Source of the DNA: Antechinus flavipes
Lineage: Eukaryota
Length of the DNA stretch: 64,000 bases
Reading direction: 5' to 3'
Assembly (NCBI RefSeq): GCF_016432865.1
Contig: NC_067401.1
Coordinates: 372,558,001-372,622,000, forward strand
Within the stretch, counting starts at the first letter, position 1. Every line of letters starts with the position of its first letter. Below the pieces are notes generated by a model. That model saw only the letters and a program-made list of their open reading frames with translations, searched no databases and was not told the origin of the DNA. Positions 50,801 to 64,000 of the stretch are shown piece by piece. A program made the position numbers and the translations under genes.

Positions 50801-53700
50801 CAATACTAGATCAGATGCCAATTCCTTCATCATTTTTTCCTTGATCTTTCGAAGTCAAAAATGGCCTTTCCTTTCAAGGAACTTATTATGAAAGACTCAG
50901 GTCATGACCCTGCCTACAGTAAAGCATAAATTCCCCCCAAAAGTGATCCATCTCAAATGGGAATACCTGGTTCTATACACTTGATTTCCTTTCTATGATT
51001 TCTAAATATCTGAAACTACAGTTATCATCCCAAATTCACTGGAGCTTAGTATTGTATCTGAACATAAACCTTGAACTTCTCATTTCTGATATTATGGCTG
51101 GATGCTCTGATTCTCATATCTAGCTCCTTTATTTTCTCACTGCTACCAACACATTATTGCCTTTTTCTAGAGATTTACTTACAAAGAAAGAATTCACAAA
51201 AATTATAGGAATTAGGATTAGAAGGTACCTGAGAAATCATCCTAAATAATACTGTACCTTTATTTCAGAGATAGAAAACTCAGGATCAGAAAGATGGTGA
51301 TTTACACAGGACAGGGCAAAATAAGCCAGAAATCAAATTGTGTTCACACTAGAGCTCTCTTGAAAAGAATATGTACCATCTATCTCCTGACACCGGATTT
51401 AAACTCAATCTTCCTGACTCTCCCATTAACTCTTATATAACATAGGGATATGAAAAATCAGACGTGTATGAAAGACATGTACTCAAAATAATCTGGATGG
51501 ATCATAGATTTACTAAACCTGAGTAATTTACACAAGAGTGGACTCGGTTTATTATGTTAAGGCTGCTATATTTGGCTAAAGAAGCCATTAGAAATGGATC
51601 TTCCTTTCCTCACAATGTCTTACTAAACTCCTAGACTTGTTCCAGGATTCCCTCACTCAGATTGTTTTTATTTAACTTTTGGTTTAGCCCATTGCTAAGT
51701 TTTAAAACTCTGGGGCAAAGACCTCTCCATTTAGGGGTGATCAGAATCTTTCATTATCTTGAGTAATTTATCTTTCCTTCCAAACCAGGAGGGAAGAAAA
51801 AAGGAACTTCATATCAAAATTAGCAAGGAACGCTAGGTGGCACAATGGATAGAGCACTGAACTTGGAGTCAGGAAGATCCTGGCTCAGAGACTTACTAGC
51901 TGTGTGATCCTAAGCAAGTCACGTCATCCTAGTTGCTTTAGTTTCCTAATCTGCAAAATGAGCTGGAAAAGGCAATGGCAAACTCTAGTATCTTTGCCAA
52001 GAAAACCCTAAATGGGGTCAGAAGGAATTGAATACAAGAAACAATTAAATAACAATAACAACAAAATCAAGATTAATACATTTTCCTAGTCATTCCAGAA
52101 TATCATTACATCATGGATGGGGAGCTGAAAAGACTTCTGTAGCCATTGGGTCTAACCTCTTCATTTTGCAGATGAGAAAACTGAGTCCCAGAAATGCTTC
52201 CTATGTTATTAAAAGCAGAGCCAAAATTCAAATTTAGGCTTTTCTGACTCTAAGCATTCTATAGTCTATGCCATCTAGCAGGCTGTTAATTCAATATTAA
52301 TTCAATATCATATTCAATTAACTCACTTTCTGCAATTCACCAGACACCTTCATTTCATCATAGTATCACAAAGCAGGGAGAGGCACATGGTGAATGTGAA
52401 CAGGAAGCAACAAATAACCAATGAATAACTGACAAAAAGGAATGAGGGGAAATGCATGAGAAAAAAACAAGATGGGTTGTTCAGGTGGAGAAGTTGAAGG
52501 AGAACAGGTGGACAGCCTCAGGGCTCTGATTAGTATCCTTGAGATGTCAGGATAAAAGGAAGAAGGCCTCAAGCATATTGGATAGATTCTCTGTGGTGAA
52601 TTTATGAAAAAATATGGACCATAATCTCTCAGGATGAGCAGACATCCAATATGGAGGTAACATCAAAATCGATAAGATGACAAATCCACCTGAACATCAC
52701 AGAGCATCACATTGTGCTAATCTTTTTATATGAATATATATCATATGATATTTTTTTTTACAATTGGTGTCTGTTTCTTAGTTCCCTTTCTAAACCACTA
52801 ACTCCTTCTAGACACACTCAGCTATGACTGTTACTGATCTTTGCATCTCTCTCAGTGCCCAGTAAAATGCTATGTATATAGTAAGTGATTGATGCATAGC
52901 AGTTGAATTGTGATGTTTTCTCTATATTTGAGTATATAATTTTCACATTTCATCACATTGCTATCATGTTGAATAAATGGGCCATTTTGAGGGTGTTGAG
53001 AAACCTTTTTTCTTTTAAAAATTTTTTTCAATGGTATTTCATTTCCCAAATACATGTAAAGATAGTTTTCAATATTCATTTTTGTAACATTTTGTGTTCC
53101 AAATTTTCTCCCTCTTTCCCATACCTTCACCCTCATCAAGATAGCAAATAATCTGATTTAGGTTAAATGTGTGGAATTTTTTAAAAAGCATATTTCCATA
53201 TTTGTCATGTTATGTAAGAAAAATCACACCAAGGGAGGAAAAAAAAAAAAAAAAAAACATGAGAAGGAAAAAATAAACAAGCAAAAAAAAAGGAATACTA
53301 TGCTTCAATCTATATTCAGTCTCCATAGTAGAATTTTTTTTAAAGAAATCTTTTTTCTTAGAAATGTTCAATTTCTTGATATTTATTGTGATGAGTTTTG
53401 AGATGTTTGGGGTTTGCCATAATGATGTTGAGTTGTTTTTCAGTCCTGGCTGACTCTTCATGACCCCTTTTGGGATTTTCTTGGCAAAGATACTGGAATG
53501 ATCCTCCATTTCCTTCTTCAGTTGAGGCTAAAAGGATTAAGTGACCTCTCAGTGTCACAGCTAGGAAGTGTCTGAGACTAGACTTGAATTCAAAGAATAA
53601 TCTTATTGACTCCAGGCTCAATATTCTACCTCTGTTCCACCTAACTGCCCAGCAGCTAGCTAAAGTATATGATGATAATAATAGTGGCTATTTATATAAT

Positions 53701-54107
53701 TGTGATGATCGTGTATTTAAAATCAGCCAGAGTCAGGAATTCAGGTTAAGGGAAAAATCTTCAATCTTTATTGAAATGAAGAGGTGAAGAAGGATTGCAA
53801 TAGCAATATGGGCAGACAGGAAGCCAGCTAGCAGAGGGAGATTGGAGGTGAAGGACGGTTGTGATAGCAATGCGAGCAGCTGTGTCAAGATGCCAGCCAG
53901 CAGTCTCTCTTTCCGCTTCCCTTTCCACTCCCTTGCCTCCACCCACCAAAACCGTCATTCCCTATACAACACATCAGGACTTGCACAAAGAGTGGGTGAG
54001 GGCCATTCTTTCTCCAAGCTTATATATTAATAGAGTATGGTCCAATTACTATTTAGCCTCATGTGCTTGGGACCTCAGTGCATCAACACAAGCCTCAGCC
54101 CATTACA
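53701..54107 (-). mobile_element. Solo ERV LTR (407 bp), 6-bp TSD, probably ERV2/beta-like
   Basis: Minus strand begins TGTAATG and ends CATCACA; TSD tataat at 53695-53700 and 54108-54113; TATA-like tatataa near the 5' end and AATAAA (+ strand tttatt 53767-53772). Confidence 0.9.
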
Positions 54108-55039
54108 TATAATACTCTCAGGAATGAGAGGCAAAATGGGGTGGAACAAAACTTTTTCCACTTTTGACCCTTTTTCCCTTAAAAATTTATTCCTGGATAT
54201 GTAAGTATATAAAATTGGCATACAAATCAAACAATTGTTGATAATAAATTATAAAGAAACTTATTTTAAAACAATTCTTTGGTATTCATATAATTACCAT
54301 TTATTAAAGACAAAAACAAATTTGAATACTAAAGAGATGGATGTGTTTGTTTATTTTTACATAAAGAATTAAGTCTTGGTGGAATATTTGACAGCTTTTA
54401 ATGTTGCCAGATTTTTAGTGACTCCCATATTCAGTTATGTGAAATTTAGAGTTTGTGATCCACTAAAGATCACAGTTTAAGAAGATCTGGGATAAAGTAT
54501 AAGAAGCTGACTCAAAATCAGGAAGATCTGGATTTAAATTCTATGTTGACACAAACTGGCTATGTAGCCCTTGTGGGTTGAATCATATCTGACTATTCAT
54601 AACCCCATGGATAATAATTAGTGGGGGTGAGGGGAGAAGACAATATATCAACAACTCCGTTTGAACGTGATGTAAACAGGATCGATTGAATTTTATCTCA
54701 AAGGAAGTACACTAGCATTAAAGGGAATGCGTAACATACCTCTGTTTCATTGTTGTAAAAGTAATGGACTATGTGGGAAGGGGATAATTTTATATATCAG
54801 TAGTGATCAATGTGTTGGCTAGTCTTGTTTTTTTTTTTTCTTTCTTTTTAAATATACAAACATTTGTTTATAAGGGATGGGTTGTGGGGTAACAGAAGAA
54901 GAAAGGATATATTTGGAAATAAATATGATATCAAAATGAGAGGCGTCAATAAAAGAAATAAAATTTTCAAAAGGAAAACAAACTTTTAAAAGAATAAAAA
55001 GTAAAGTATTCTGATATAGTTGGAAGAGGGAAGAGTCAA

Positions 55040-55500
55040 AAAATAGCATATATAAAATACCTATACATAAAATAGTATATAGATCTGAGGTTTTAATTTT
55101 ATTGCTTTTAGGCACTTTTAAATATGCTTCCTGATTCTTGAGTATTTTGACAGATAATTTAGTTTTCAAGTGGTACCCGTAACTGAAAATAATATTCAAG
55201 CTGAGATCTGATCAGAATGAAGTACAACAGAACTATTATCTCTCTTATTAGATATGTGATACTTTTATTAATGTAGCATTAAAGGATTTTTTTGTGTGTT
55301 TTATTTTGGTTTTGTTTTCAGCTCTGTTTATTGTGGATTTTTTTGGCAGTCAGATTTCATTACAAGCCCATATGGAGTTTGTGGTCCACTAAGACCAGTA
55401 AGTCTTTTTTACATGAACTTTCACTATTTATTTCCTTCATCCTGTTGATTTTCTCAACCCAAGTGTAAGATGTCATATTTATGCCATTATTAAATTGGAT
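55040..55500 (-). mobile_element. L3/CR1 ORF2 fragment
   Basis: Minus strand reads ...cttacacttgggttgagaaaatcaac... (VLHLG.KN-like) and NIIFSYGYHLKTKLSVK (like EYCVQFWAPHFKKDIDKL). Confidence 0.65.
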
Positions 55501-55830
55501 TTTATCCAGAGGAGTGCAACTAAGAGTGCAACTAAGATAGTAATAGATCTTGAGTCTATGTCATATGAAAGCTGTGGAATATGTTAAACTTAGAGAAGAA
55601 AAGGCTCGAGGGATACATAGTAACTCTATTTAAATATTTGAAAGACTATCATGAGATAGAGATTAATCTTGTTCTGTTTGTTTCCAGAAATAAAGAACCA
55701 GAGGTTTTGGGTAGAATTTCCAGAATTAGATTTAGTCTTGACATGAAAGAAAATTTACCAACAATTAAAGATATCAAAAGTAAAATGGGTTGCCTTGGGA
55801 CATGATAGTTTCCCCCTTCTACTACCATAG
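55500..55830 (+). mobile_element. L3/CR1 3' fragment
   Basis: MLNLEKKRLEGYIVTLFKYLKDYH matches the CR1 motif MFSLEKRRLRGDMIAVFKYLKGCH. Confidence 0.8.
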
Positions 55831-58800
55831 TTTTTTGTTTGTTTGCTTGTTTTGTTTTGTTTTGGTGGAGGCTGTATATCCATTTGTAGCTATCTTATAG
55901 TAGGAATTTCTTTTGGAATTGAGTCAGGCTAAATGGCTGCTGAGCCCTCTTCTTAAGTTCAAATTCTGATTACTTTTCTTGCCCTTTCAAATGATGGCAA
56001 CTTCTGCTCAGCAGATCATTCAAGTTCAAGTCCAAGGAAAAGACAACAGGAACTTGGACAATGATGAATAAACTTCTTAGCCATTAGGTTCCTTTTCTGA
56101 AGATTCCTGTGGCCAGTCTTAAAGTCTGGTTATATTGAATTAATACTGTTATCTAGCAAAATCTTAAAATCTGGCAACCTATCTCAGTTTTGTACTAATT
56201 TGCTATATGATTGTGGACAACTAATCTTAAAAATGTTCTATCATTTTTTAAAACATATTTCTTTGGGAGAGGGGGAATGGGAGTTAGGAATCTGCCTCAA
56301 TTTTTTCATCACATTAGAAGAAAACACCCTGTTCTATTTTGTGGGATCATCAAGAAGAACACATGAAATAACCAAAGGAAATAAATTTTGATAAAATAAA
56401 ATAGGGAGTGTGGCGGGGTAGAAAAAAAAAAACCTTTAAATCCCCCCTCAGCTACTTCCTACTTGTATGACCTTGGGCAAGTTCAGCAACTATAAAATGA
56501 TGGGCTTGGAGTGGAGGGTCAATGAGAGGGACAATGAATAAGAAGGCCAGTTGTCTGGATCATTGAAAGCAGAAAGGAAAGTAATGTATAATAAGGCTGG
56601 CAAGGTAGGTTGGGTACAGATTGTAAAGGGGCTTTAAATGCCAAATGGTGGAATTTATATTTGATGCTAGAAGAAATGAGAGAAATTAGTTATATTAGGT
56701 AGAGAGTGAACTGGTCAGGTGTATTCTTAAGGAAAATCATTTTAACAATTGTCACTTGGTTGGAAAGGGAAGAGACAAAACAGGATGCTTCAGAAAGACC
56801 TTTTGGGTGATGTGCCATATTGAATTTGAAATCCTCATTTTTTTTTAACGATTGAAAAAAAACATTTATTATTTATTTAATATATACCAAACATTGTAGT
56901 AAAAGCTGGGAATATAAACAGAACAATAAGATAGTCCATGATTTCAAAGAGCTCCTATTCTAAAAAATATGATTTCCTATTATTCTTATATGTGCTATAA
57001 GAGGGTTTGGGTGGGAATAGGTCCAGAAATCCTCAGAAAGTGCTGGTAGAGCAAGTGACCATGTACCAGGGTTTAGAAGCTGTCATAGCAGGTTTGGTGA
57101 CCCAGAGAGTGTGGTAGCACAGCAGATGTCAAGGTCCCATTTTTATACAAAGTATAAGCAAATTTCAAGAACTAATAACCAAAAGAAAAAAGAGATCCTC
57201 CTTCTCTCCCCTCCCCTCCCAATTCCTTCTCTGTCTTTGTCTCTACCTCAGACTCTAGTCTGATCATTTCTTCTCTATCCTGAATTTTAAATTTGATTTT
57301 ACAGCATAGATATTTATACTTGTCCTTATCAAGATAGGTGGTGGAGTCAGAGGACCTGTATTCAAATTCTGCCTCTCACTGTATACTACCTGTATGAACT
57401 TTGAAGCCACTAAAGCTTTCTCACTTTTCTCATCCTTAAAATAAGGAGGTTGGACTAGACAGCCTCTGAGATTCTTTCTACATCTAGATTCATGATCTTA
57501 AATGTCACTTTATTTTATTTAACCCATTATTCTAATCTGGTAATAATTTCCTTTGGGAGCCAAACACTATCATCTAGACATTATTCTTCATTTGACAGGT
57601 GAAACAACTTTACTGTAATCATAGAGAATGTAGAAGTGGAATTTGAACCCAGGGCCTCAGATACTTGGTCCAGCATGCAATCCCTTAGGCTATACTGCTT
57701 GATGAGTGAATAAATAGCACAAGGTCACGCTTCTAGTTAAGTAGCAAAATAGTGACTAGAACACATGACTACTAACCCCTGGTCCAATATACTCTGTTGT
57801 CCAAGATGTGACATGCTTTTTTGTTGTTGTTGTTGTTTGTTTGTTTTTGTTTTTTTGTGCTAGAAGCCTATAAGACCTTACTAAGTTTTCATGTAAAACA
57901 CTTCGAAGGGAAGGGTGAGCAGAGAGGATGGGGATTGGGAAAAATTGTTCTAGGTCACTGAGCAGATTGCAAAAAGAGATCTTGAATAGTGAGGAAGTAC
58001 TTTGAAAGCCTGATGCAAGAGGAACTTGAATTTCATCCCTCACTGCAGATCTGTTGCTATAGAACCTTAAAAAAGTGAGTTGCAGGGGAAACAAACTAGG
58101 TTATGGTGACAGGTATATGTGCAAATAGACTGTTAGCTTCTCAGTCAGCCAGCAATAATAAGCTTCCCCTTAGGCCATAAACCTGACCCAGCTGTGGGAT
58201 GGGAGTAAGTCCATGAATCAGGAGGGAGAAGACATACTTCCCTATTGGCATCAAGTCCATCTGAACCTTGACCCTTCTCAAACTGTATTCCTTTGATAAA
58301 GGCAAGATTTGAGAAGCCGAAGAAAACAAGTAACAATGTCCAATAAGCATCAGCTGTCTAACACAAAAGACCTCAGAATGAGATAGGGGACAAATGTTTC
58401 AGTAAGAAAAGCAATAATGACAGATGTGGGGCTTCCAGAAAGTGCAGTTCCCAGCATTGGGAAACTCCTTGATGTGGGTTAACCAATAACAGAGATGATT
58501 TCTTCATTTGGTCTTATTCACTTTTGTATGCCCCGTTTCATTCATAATCAAGGAGAGTAAACACACCATACCACCTTTTAAGTATGGTTTAGGTTTCTGG
58601 TCTGTCCTGATGCGCTTGGAGAAAGCTAAAGGCACAGTAGTGACATGTGCACAAGGATCCAGAGAAGAGAATGACATCTCACTGCTTTTAATCAATGGCA
58701 GTTCCCAGGAGAGTTGGACTGAAACTGCACAAGACAGAAGAAAGAAAGAGGAGAGAGCTGGAAACAAAGGGAGGAACCTCCTGCTCCTCCAGTCCCAGAT

Positions 58801-59317
58801 ATAAAAAGCTCTAAGCCATATCAGTAAAAGGAGGGTGGAGAGTTGAGATAAGTATCCAAATAAATTCAGTCAAAAGCTTATCTACTGAGAAGGAAAATTA
58901 GACCTTAGTCCTTTATTTTCTAGACTGATTGTGAATATGAATCAGACTTCTTGGATGTTCATTCAGTTGTTTTGTTATGTTTATATTAGAGAAAACAAAA
59001 ATAAACAAGCAAACAAAATTCTACTCAATGGATCAAGATGGTTGAACTGGTGTTTTCAGCTGATGGCTCAGTTGTGGTATTCATTTGATTGCACAAAAAT
59101 AAGTTAGAGGGGAATAAAAAAGGTTTGTCTACTAAGCAGTTGATTAAATTACTGCATACACATATAAAATGGGGGAGGGAATTTCTGAGTTGTGCTTACT
59201 TGGGCAAAATGAAATGGAGAATTCAGGCATCATTTAAATACTTCATCTCCTCTTCATTGGAAATATGTAGGTAATTGAAGCAAAAATAAGAATTATAGGG
59301 AGATTTAAATCATATTT

Positions 59318-59328
<11 letters not shown>

Positions 59329-59378
<50 letters not shown>
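59329..59378. repeat. (GT)25 microsatellite
   Basis: Perfect repeat. Confidence 0.98.
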
Positions 59379-59380
<2 letters not shown>

Positions 59381-61473
59381 TTAGTATCAGAATTGCTTGA
59401 TCTTCTCTGAAACTGATTAGGGGGTAAAAATAGACTGAATAATGAACACAACTCCCTAATTATAAAAATATTCTAGTCCTAGGAACTAACTCCTGCAGTA
59501 AACACTAAACAATCTGAGTATCAGCTTTCTAAACATGGGTTCTTTTTGTCCCTGTTTCAAAAGGTCATTGCTTTCCTTTCTGAAATCTCCTTACCCTCAA
59601 TACCAGGCCATCATTTCTATTTCTCACCATTAACCCTAGCATCAACAAGATCATTGCCTTTGAAATTCATAGGAACTCAGTACAAAGAAGATGATAGTGA
59701 GAAGAGGAAGTAAAGTCATAGCCCAAAGAGATGACCTCCCCCCCCCCCCCATTTTATTTTCCTCCTGATAAATGCCAGGCCATATTTCCTCCTGCCAAGT
59801 TCCCTGAAAGACATGTGAATGATGTTATTTCATAAATTTTCTTATAGGAGTTATGAGTCACAAAGCAATCAGTTAATGGTTCTCTGGTGCTTCACAGTTG
59901 TAGTTAACTTACCTCAACTTATCTTACATGAAATAGCAGAGAAATTGAGACATTCAGCCCAGTCTATTTCTTCTTTTTTTAATGGTACTTGTAGGTTTTT
60001 TGATAATAATTTTATTAATGTTTTCTATATAACACTCATCTAACTCATTTAATAATTATATAATTCATTACTGTATGCTATTGGATATTGATACTTAGAA
60101 ATTAGGGATAAGTATTAGACCAGTGATTTTATAAATAAAAGGAACTTTCTGGTGATAAAACTCCCTCACTAAAGCAGGCTGGCACCTTCTGCAACTCATG
60201 GTTTTACTCGCTTTGTCAAGAATACTGAGAGTTTAGGATTGGCCAGGGATATACAGCCAGTATTTGTGGCAGGATTTGAACTTAGAACTTCCTGGGCTCT
60301 GAGACCAGCTCTTTATCTGTTTGTACTGCTCTTTTTCATTTATAAATTACTAACATAAAATATTCTTATTCACAATGATAAGGCTTAGCATTTATTTAGT
60401 TCTCTGTAGCCTGCAAAATGTTTCTATACACATTATCTCATTTGATCCTTAGTCCTAGAAGGTTTTGTTTTCTTGTTATTTGTTGTTGTTGTTTTTTCCA
60501 TCTGCACTAGCAATTTCATCTCATCTGCAATTTGTAATCTAGTAGGGTTGCTTAGGTTCACAAACCCAGCAAGTGACTTGCTCATGGTCACACAGCTAAC
60601 CTCTGACAGATATCATTATGGAGTTATTGTCGGACGTCAACCAGATGCACAGAACACTATTCTAAATTAACCTCATAGAAAATCATGTGAGAAAGTGAAG
60701 GTCATCCCTGTACTCAGATCTCTTTCAAGCTAAAAGAATCAGGAAAAGAAAATGCAAAAGTCCAAATAATCCTTCTCAATCACCAGTAAGCATTTATTAA
60801 ATTCCTACAATTATATCAGGCTAAATGTTGGCCATACGAAGACATTCAAAAAACTGTCTCTGCCCTCAAAGAGTTCATACTCTAATAGCAGAGAATCACT
60901 ACACACAAACAAGCTATATGTAAGATAAACAGGAAATAATCAACAGAAGCAAGGTCCTAAAGTTAAGGATTGAGAAAAGAATTGTAAAAGGTGAAATTTT
61001 ATGTGTAACTTGAAGGCAAGCTGGGTAAACTAGAGGGAGAGGATGAGAAGAAAGAGGCATGGAAGACAGAGAAAATGCCCAGAGACAAGAGTTGGAGTAT
61101 TTTCCATCTTAGAAAGATAAGTTAACAAGGGCAAACCAATGCAACGCTAAGGAGCCATAACATATAAGGTTGAAAAGAGGTTGGGATGAATGAAACAATC
61201 ACAACAATCCTAGGCTCAAAGCCAGACTAGCTCTAGGGACCATACTGGGTGACTTGGAAGCTCCTAGTTCCTTAATGATCTCTGGACACCATAGCTGGTA
61301 ACTAGATTTGGGTTAAGAAAGATCTTCTGAAGTTGCTGGACCAGACCAACCTCCTCCATGTATGCCCAAGCCCATCTCCAGGGATGAGAAATAATTTAGT
61401 CGTCATTTGGGGTTATGGGAACTGAATACCAAGTACAGACAGAATTGTTTATCTGTTAAAGTCTACTCAGTGG

Positions 61474-61869
61474 ATGAACCAAATCAATTCCAATAGAACA
61501 GTAATGAATTGAACCAGTTACACCCAGCGAAAGAACTCTGGGAGATGACTATGAACCACTACATAGAATTCCCAATCCCTTATTTTTGTCCGCCTGCATT
61601 TTTGATTTCCTTCACAGGCTAATTGTACACTATTTCAAAGTCTGATTCTTTTTGTGTGGCAAAATAACTGTATGGACATGTATACATATACTGTATTTAA
61701 TTTATACTTTAACATATTTAACATGTATTGGTCAATCTGCCATCTTGGGGAAGGGGTAGGAGGAAGGAGGGGAAAAGTTGGAACAAAAGATTTTGCAATT
61801 GTCAATGCTGAAAAATTACCCATGCATATATCTTGTAAATAAAAAGCTATAATAAAAAAAAATAATAAT
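61474..61869 (+). mobile_element. 5'-truncated young L1 3' end with ~16-17-bp TSD
   Basis: TSD (t)aaagtctactcagtgg at 61457-61473 and 61869-61885; TT/AAAG endonuclease-type site; A-rich tail. Confidence 0.92.
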
Positions 61870-62181
61870 AAAGTCTACTCAGTGGCTGCCTTTAGGTGGC
61901 CAGAGATCCCTTGCTTTCTCTAGAAATACTAAAGAAATAAATATCTCATATAAATCATCAAATAAATATTTGTTCAAAGGTTAAAAGCAGAAAAGCACAG
62001 AAAGGACCAATGGAGCATGAAACAACCTTAGTAAAGTAATTTCTCACCTGGAAGTCTTGCTAAAGAAGGATCCTTCCCCAAAATAATAAATGGAATGATT
62101 CTACTCCTCAGTGCTGGTTTTTCCTTCAATGTATCTCCTGTGAGGAGTACGTGTTGCTTGGCTGTTAAATCTCCCATTCAG

Positions 62182-62238
62182 AAACTGAACACATTGTGAA
62201 TACTCAAGGATGGGCTTTACACTGGAAAACCTCAACAG
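62182..62238 (+). other. Candidate 57-nt exon (phase 1-1 xTEHIVNTQGWALHWKTSTx, or start exon MGFTLENLN)
   Basis: Acceptor aatctcccattcag|, consensus donor CAG|GTAAGT, length divisible by 3, strong-Kozak ATG (caaggATGG) in another frame. Confidence 0.4.
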
Positions 62239-64000
62239 GTAAGTCTTAATTCCCACCTAGTTTTGGAACCAGCTGTTTGGAACTTTGGGTTTCAGAAATT
62301 AGTACATTGCTATTTAATCAGATTTGACTTTCATGACCCCATTTGGGGTTTTCTTGGCAAAAATACTGGAGTGGTGTGCCATTTCCTTCTCTAGCTTATT
62401 TTACAGATCAAGGAGCTGAGGCAAACAGGTTATGTCACTTACCCAGGAAGACAAAGCTAGAAAGTAAATCTGAGGCCAGATTTATACTAAGGAATATGAG
62501 TCTAGACCCAGCACTCTATCCACTGTGCCATCTAGCTTCCCTGTATAGAAATCAGGAACTCCCAACATGGCAGCTGTGTACTTTAGGTCCCTGTTCTCTT
62601 TATTCTACTTAACATTTTTTCATCACAAAATGCTAAATAAAAATGAAAATAGAAAAGTAGCATCAAAGGGTTCAAAGCTTGGGAAATGACTTAAGATCTC
62701 AGATTCAGCATGGAGAGGAGAGTTTGATAGAATGCTAGCTTTAGAGCTATAAAGACTTAAATTTTACCTCAGATACTAGATATGTGATCCTGGGCAAGTC
62801 ATATAATCACTAGGTTTTTTAATCTGTATAATGATGTAATAAAAGTGCCTATTTCTCAAGATTGTTGTGAAGATTAAATAGATAACATATAGAAAGTACT
62901 CTGCAAACTTTAATATTTGATATGCATGTTATTATTATTGTATAAATGGGAACATTATACTTTAAATGAAAAAAGTTGAATTAAAATTATCATAACAACA
63001 AGCATTTATGTAGTTCCTTAAGGTTTGCAAAGCACTTGATCAATAGTATCTCATTTCATTCTCACAACATCCCTGGAAGGCAGGTTCTATTATTTTCCTC
63101 ATTTTACAGATAAAGAAACTGAGGCAGACAGAGGTTTAAGTGTTTTGCTCAGTCATGCAGCTAATATGATAAAATCCTGTCAATTCTTTCTTTGAAGTCA
63201 CTGGCTAAATTCCATGAACAATTGTATCATTCCTTCATTGCCTCTCATGGAGGCCTTCATAATTGGCTTCCCTCCTTCTTGTATAAAGCCTCTATCCCCT
63301 TCCTTCCACCCATCTTTATGCTCCTGATGGATTTATTTTAATAAAATACATCTCTTATTTGCCACACCAGAGGTTTACTAGTTCTTCAAGTATACACTGA
63401 AGCCTGGATATTCACGGTTCTCTTGTGATCTGGTCCCAGTTGGCTTTTTTAGACTTATTTTCCATGGCTTCTCGATATTTTACCTAAATAATTTTCCTAA
63501 GTTAAACCAGAGTCTTTTGATTTCCTAACCAGATTCCTTGCTTTCCTGCCTTTGTTCATGCTGTTCCCTCCCCCAAAATCTCTCCACCTCTCATCGATGC
63601 TGAGGAAAAGGCTATCCATCCTTCATGGCCTCAATGAAATACGATTTCCTCCATGATGATCTTGTTTGGAAGTGATCCCTCTGAACTTTGGCACTTTGTT
63701 CTTTTTTTGTTGTTTTGGTATAATATAAAAATACTTTTGTATTCTAGTGATTTCTCCATATTTCTTAGCTCTTCTGAATTATAAACAGTTTGAAAGCAGG
63801 AACAAAGTTCTTAAAGAATTCTGGTTCTGAAGACCTAAGTTTTAATTTTGCCTCCAGTGTTACTACCTGTGTGCTACCTGTGTGACTAAATGTTAAATCG
63901 GTGGGTTTTAGTTTCCTTATCTGGAAAATAAGGAGATAGGATTAAAAACCAAGCATTTATTAAGTACCTACTGTGTGCCAGATGACCTTTGAGGTCACTT

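Larger units (their letters stand above)
1..64000. other. Marsupial intronic/intergenic DNA densely filled with ancient and lineage-specific TEs; no recognisable gene
   Basis: Many SINE/LINE fragments (MIR core, Mar1 RTE tail gaaggaaatggcaaac...ccaaatggggtcac, WSINE1, L2 3' ends aagcatttattaagcacctacta), microsatellites, scarce CpG, and no long non-repetitive ORF. Confidence 0.85.

Noticed and set aside
231-50891. ORFs containing long X runs (e.g. 1863..2429, 37096..37701, 43153..43548, 44221..44772, 50613..50891)
   Set aside because: They are open only because they cross N-gaps.
6251-63885. Scattered 9-12 bp tandem micro-duplications (e.g. ~6252 gtaaagatt x2, ~63865 ctacctgtgtg x2)
   Set aside because: These are ordinary slippage products expected at this frequency.
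1-64000. CRISPR array, operon or prokaryotic/phage defence system
   Set aside because: There are no regularly spaced repeats or gene-dense ORFs; the sequence is clearly mammalian repeat-rich DNA.

Overview
This is AT-rich, CpG-depleted vertebrate genomic DNA from a gapped draft assembly (8 N-gaps, about 1.9 kb). The repeats (WSINE1, CORE/RTE-tailed Mar1-type SINEs, MIR, L2, L3/CR1, a marsupial-type L1 3' end, an MdoRep1-like element) point to a marsupial, most likely a dasyurid such as Tasmanian devil. That assignment is inference from remembered consensus sequences, not a database search. The window looks like a large intron or intergenic region. I recognise no protein-coding gene, RNA gene, CRISPR array or prokaryotic system, and almost all listed ORFs are spurious (N-gaps, microsatellites, TE fragments). 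Best-supported structures: a ~1.5 kb head-to-tail tandem duplication with 17-18 bp junction microhomology (26939-29950); an older ~240 bp duplication in which one copy keeps an intact exon-like unit and the other has decayed; a solo ERV LTR with a 6-bp TSD; two TSD-flanked L1 3' ends truncated at nearly the same point; CR1 and mariner fossils. Several isolated exon-like segments occur on both strands, including an 18-nt microexon whose donor sits in a perfect hairpin and a coding-like segment preceded by a run of palindromes. None can be assigned to a gene without homology or RNA data.
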